This document shows, one piece after another, positions 34,077 to 35,195 of a stretch of DNA of 35,195 bases. The stretch lies in the NCBI GenBank assembly GCA_043778525.1, contig JAYWGA010000013.1, forward strand, positions 1-35,195, read 5' to 3'. The position numbers and the translations under genes are program-made. The stretch comes from a bacterium (GTDB taxonomy: Bacteria > Patescibacteriota > Minisyncoccia > Phycocordibacterales > UBA5272). How positions within the stretch are numbered: the stretch's first letter is position 1; each line of letters begins with the position of its first letter. The notes beneath the pieces are model-generated. The model saw only the letters and a program-made list of their open reading frames with translations. It did no database searches and had not been told where the DNA came from.

Positions 34077-35195
34077 TTATCTATTTTTCCACTGACTCTC
34101 TCCTCGGCATATTTCTTTTTTATCATCTGCATTTGCTAGCATTTCCCTTACTACCTTTTCTACCCTTGCCGACTGCGAGCCTTTGGCTAGTATTATATCA
34201 TTTTCTCTTATGGCATTTTTCATTACCTCCACCGCCTCAGTACTTTCATTAAAAAGAAAAAGATTATCTAAATTAAACCTAGTCTTGCGCACGCCTTCCA
34301 GATAATATTCATTGTACCTACCTATAAATATTATCATCTCGCACACCTCACCAGCTAGCATGCCTATTTTTATATGCTCACTCTCAGTCGCCTCAGCAGA
34401 TAGCTCAGCCATATGTCCGAGTACTGCTATCTTTTTACCTTTGGTGATCAGCGACTGCAGTACAGAGAGGGCTAGCTCGCTTGCCTTTGGGCTAGAGTTG
34501 TAGCTGTCGTCTATCACAGTAGAGCCGTTTATTCCTTCAAATATTCTGAGTCTGCTTTTCGGGAAAACTATTTTTTCTATGTTTTTAATGCTATCAAAAA
34601 GGTCAAGTCCCCGCGAGTGTGCTACAGTCAGTGCAGCGAGCGCTCCGTAGGCATGCGAAGCCCCCACTACTCCCAGCAGATCTATATTGCCCTGCAAAGA
34701 TATACCTAGTTCATTTTTGTATTCAAAGATTATTTTAGAGCCTTTTGCCTTTCCTTTTTCGTCGTAGATAAATGTAGTGGTGATAAGTTTAAATAGCTTT
34801 GCATTTTTACCAAAGGCTATCTTTTCGGCAGCATTAGCGACCATTGCCATCTCAGTCATGTCTTTGTCATCGGCATTATAGACTACCGTACCTGTGCTTT
34901 TTATAGAGTCCACTAGATATTTTTTTTCACGCAGGTGAGCTGCTCTATTTGGAAAAAACTCAGCGTGTACTGGATTTTCTGCAAAGGCTGTGAGTATAAC
35001 TATGTCAGACTTTATATAGCTACTAGCAAATAAAATATCCCCAGGCTTATCCGCACCGACCTCTAGTACCAGTACTTCAGGGAAATTTACTCTAATGAAA
35101 TATAATTTATAAAAGTTTTTAATTATCAAAAATATCCAGGCAAACACATTGCTCCATTTATTTTGCTCACCCAGTATGGTGAGTGGTATACCAAA
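34077..35195 (-). CDS. murF: UDP-N-acetylmuramoyl-tripeptide--D-alanyl-D-alanine ligase; N-terminal part (5' end) lies outside the window
   Basis: The frame stays open upstream of the track start to the window edge (FGIPLTILGEQNKWSN...). Contains EVGADKPGD, DDSYNSSPKASELAL, LGHMAELS and ILAKGSQSARVEKVV. Confidence 0.83.
   Translation of the reverse strand, partial: FGIPLTILGEQNKWSNVFAWIFLIIKNFYKLYFIRVNFPEVLVLEVGADKPGDILFASSYIKSDIVILTAFAENPVHAEFFPNRAAHLREKKYLVDSIKSTGTVVYNADDKDMTEMAMVANAAEKIAFGKNAKLFKLITTTFIYDEKGKAKGSKIIFEYKNELGISLQGNIDLLGVVGASHAYGALAALTVAHSRGLDLFDSIKNIEKIVFPKSRLRIFEGINGSTVIDDSYNSSPKASELALSVLQSLITKGKKIAVLGHMAELSAEATESEHIKIGMLAGEVCEMIIFIGRYNEYYLEGVRKTRFNLDNLFLFNESTEAVEVMKNAIRENDIILAKGSQSARVEKVVREMLANADDKKEICRGESQWKNR

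Noticed and set aside
1-35195. Alternative genetic code (UGA=Gly, code 25) as in some AT-rich candidate phyla
   Set aside because: All conserved genes (pheT, valS, dnaB, dnaG, murE and others) are full-length under the standard code. TGA is also used as an apparent stop at 18771-18773.
1-35195. CRISPR arrays, transposases, integrases and att duplications at the tRNA
   Set aside because: I saw no regularly spaced direct repeats. No ORF has transposase or integrase signatures. I found no second copy of the tRNA-Ser 3' end near the R-M block, so a classical integrative island is not demonstrated.

Overview
AT-rich bacterial chromosome segment with short genes, mostly on the minus strand. The gene content resembles a genome-reduced, CPR/Patescibacteria-like lineage; this is an inference from content only. 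The standard genetic code fits all conserved genes. Housekeeping genes recognised: pheT, pheS, valS, hsp20, murE-like, a dsbB/bdbC-like gene, hpf, a class V cysteine desulfurase, dnaB, smpB, tRNA-Ser(GCU), dnaG, a small (p)ppGpp hydrolase and murF (runs off the window). The ORF track misses a large open-ended secreted S8 subtilase gene at 1..3051 on the minus strand. Accessory content: two orthodox-looking type II R-M pairs (6427-8417 and 22557-25155, the second beside the tRNA-Ser and a small nucleotidyltransferase) and a pilD plus four minor-pilin operon (25195-28435). Most unusual are the G+C-rich orphan genes set in the AT-rich background (18771-19262 and 30959-32781). The 30.9-33.5 kb group forms an array of four exported or membrane protein cassettes. 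Each cassette has its own near-consensus promoter, and the three upstream cassettes each end in a GC-clamp terminator. The terminator-promoter module recurs three times, and a small GGCAAU(AA)UGCC hairpin recurs in the 5' UTRs. A 361-bp structured pheS-pheT spacer ends in a strong intrinsic terminator just before pheT and is a candidate riboregulator. I saw no CRISPR array, transposase, integrase or rRNA.
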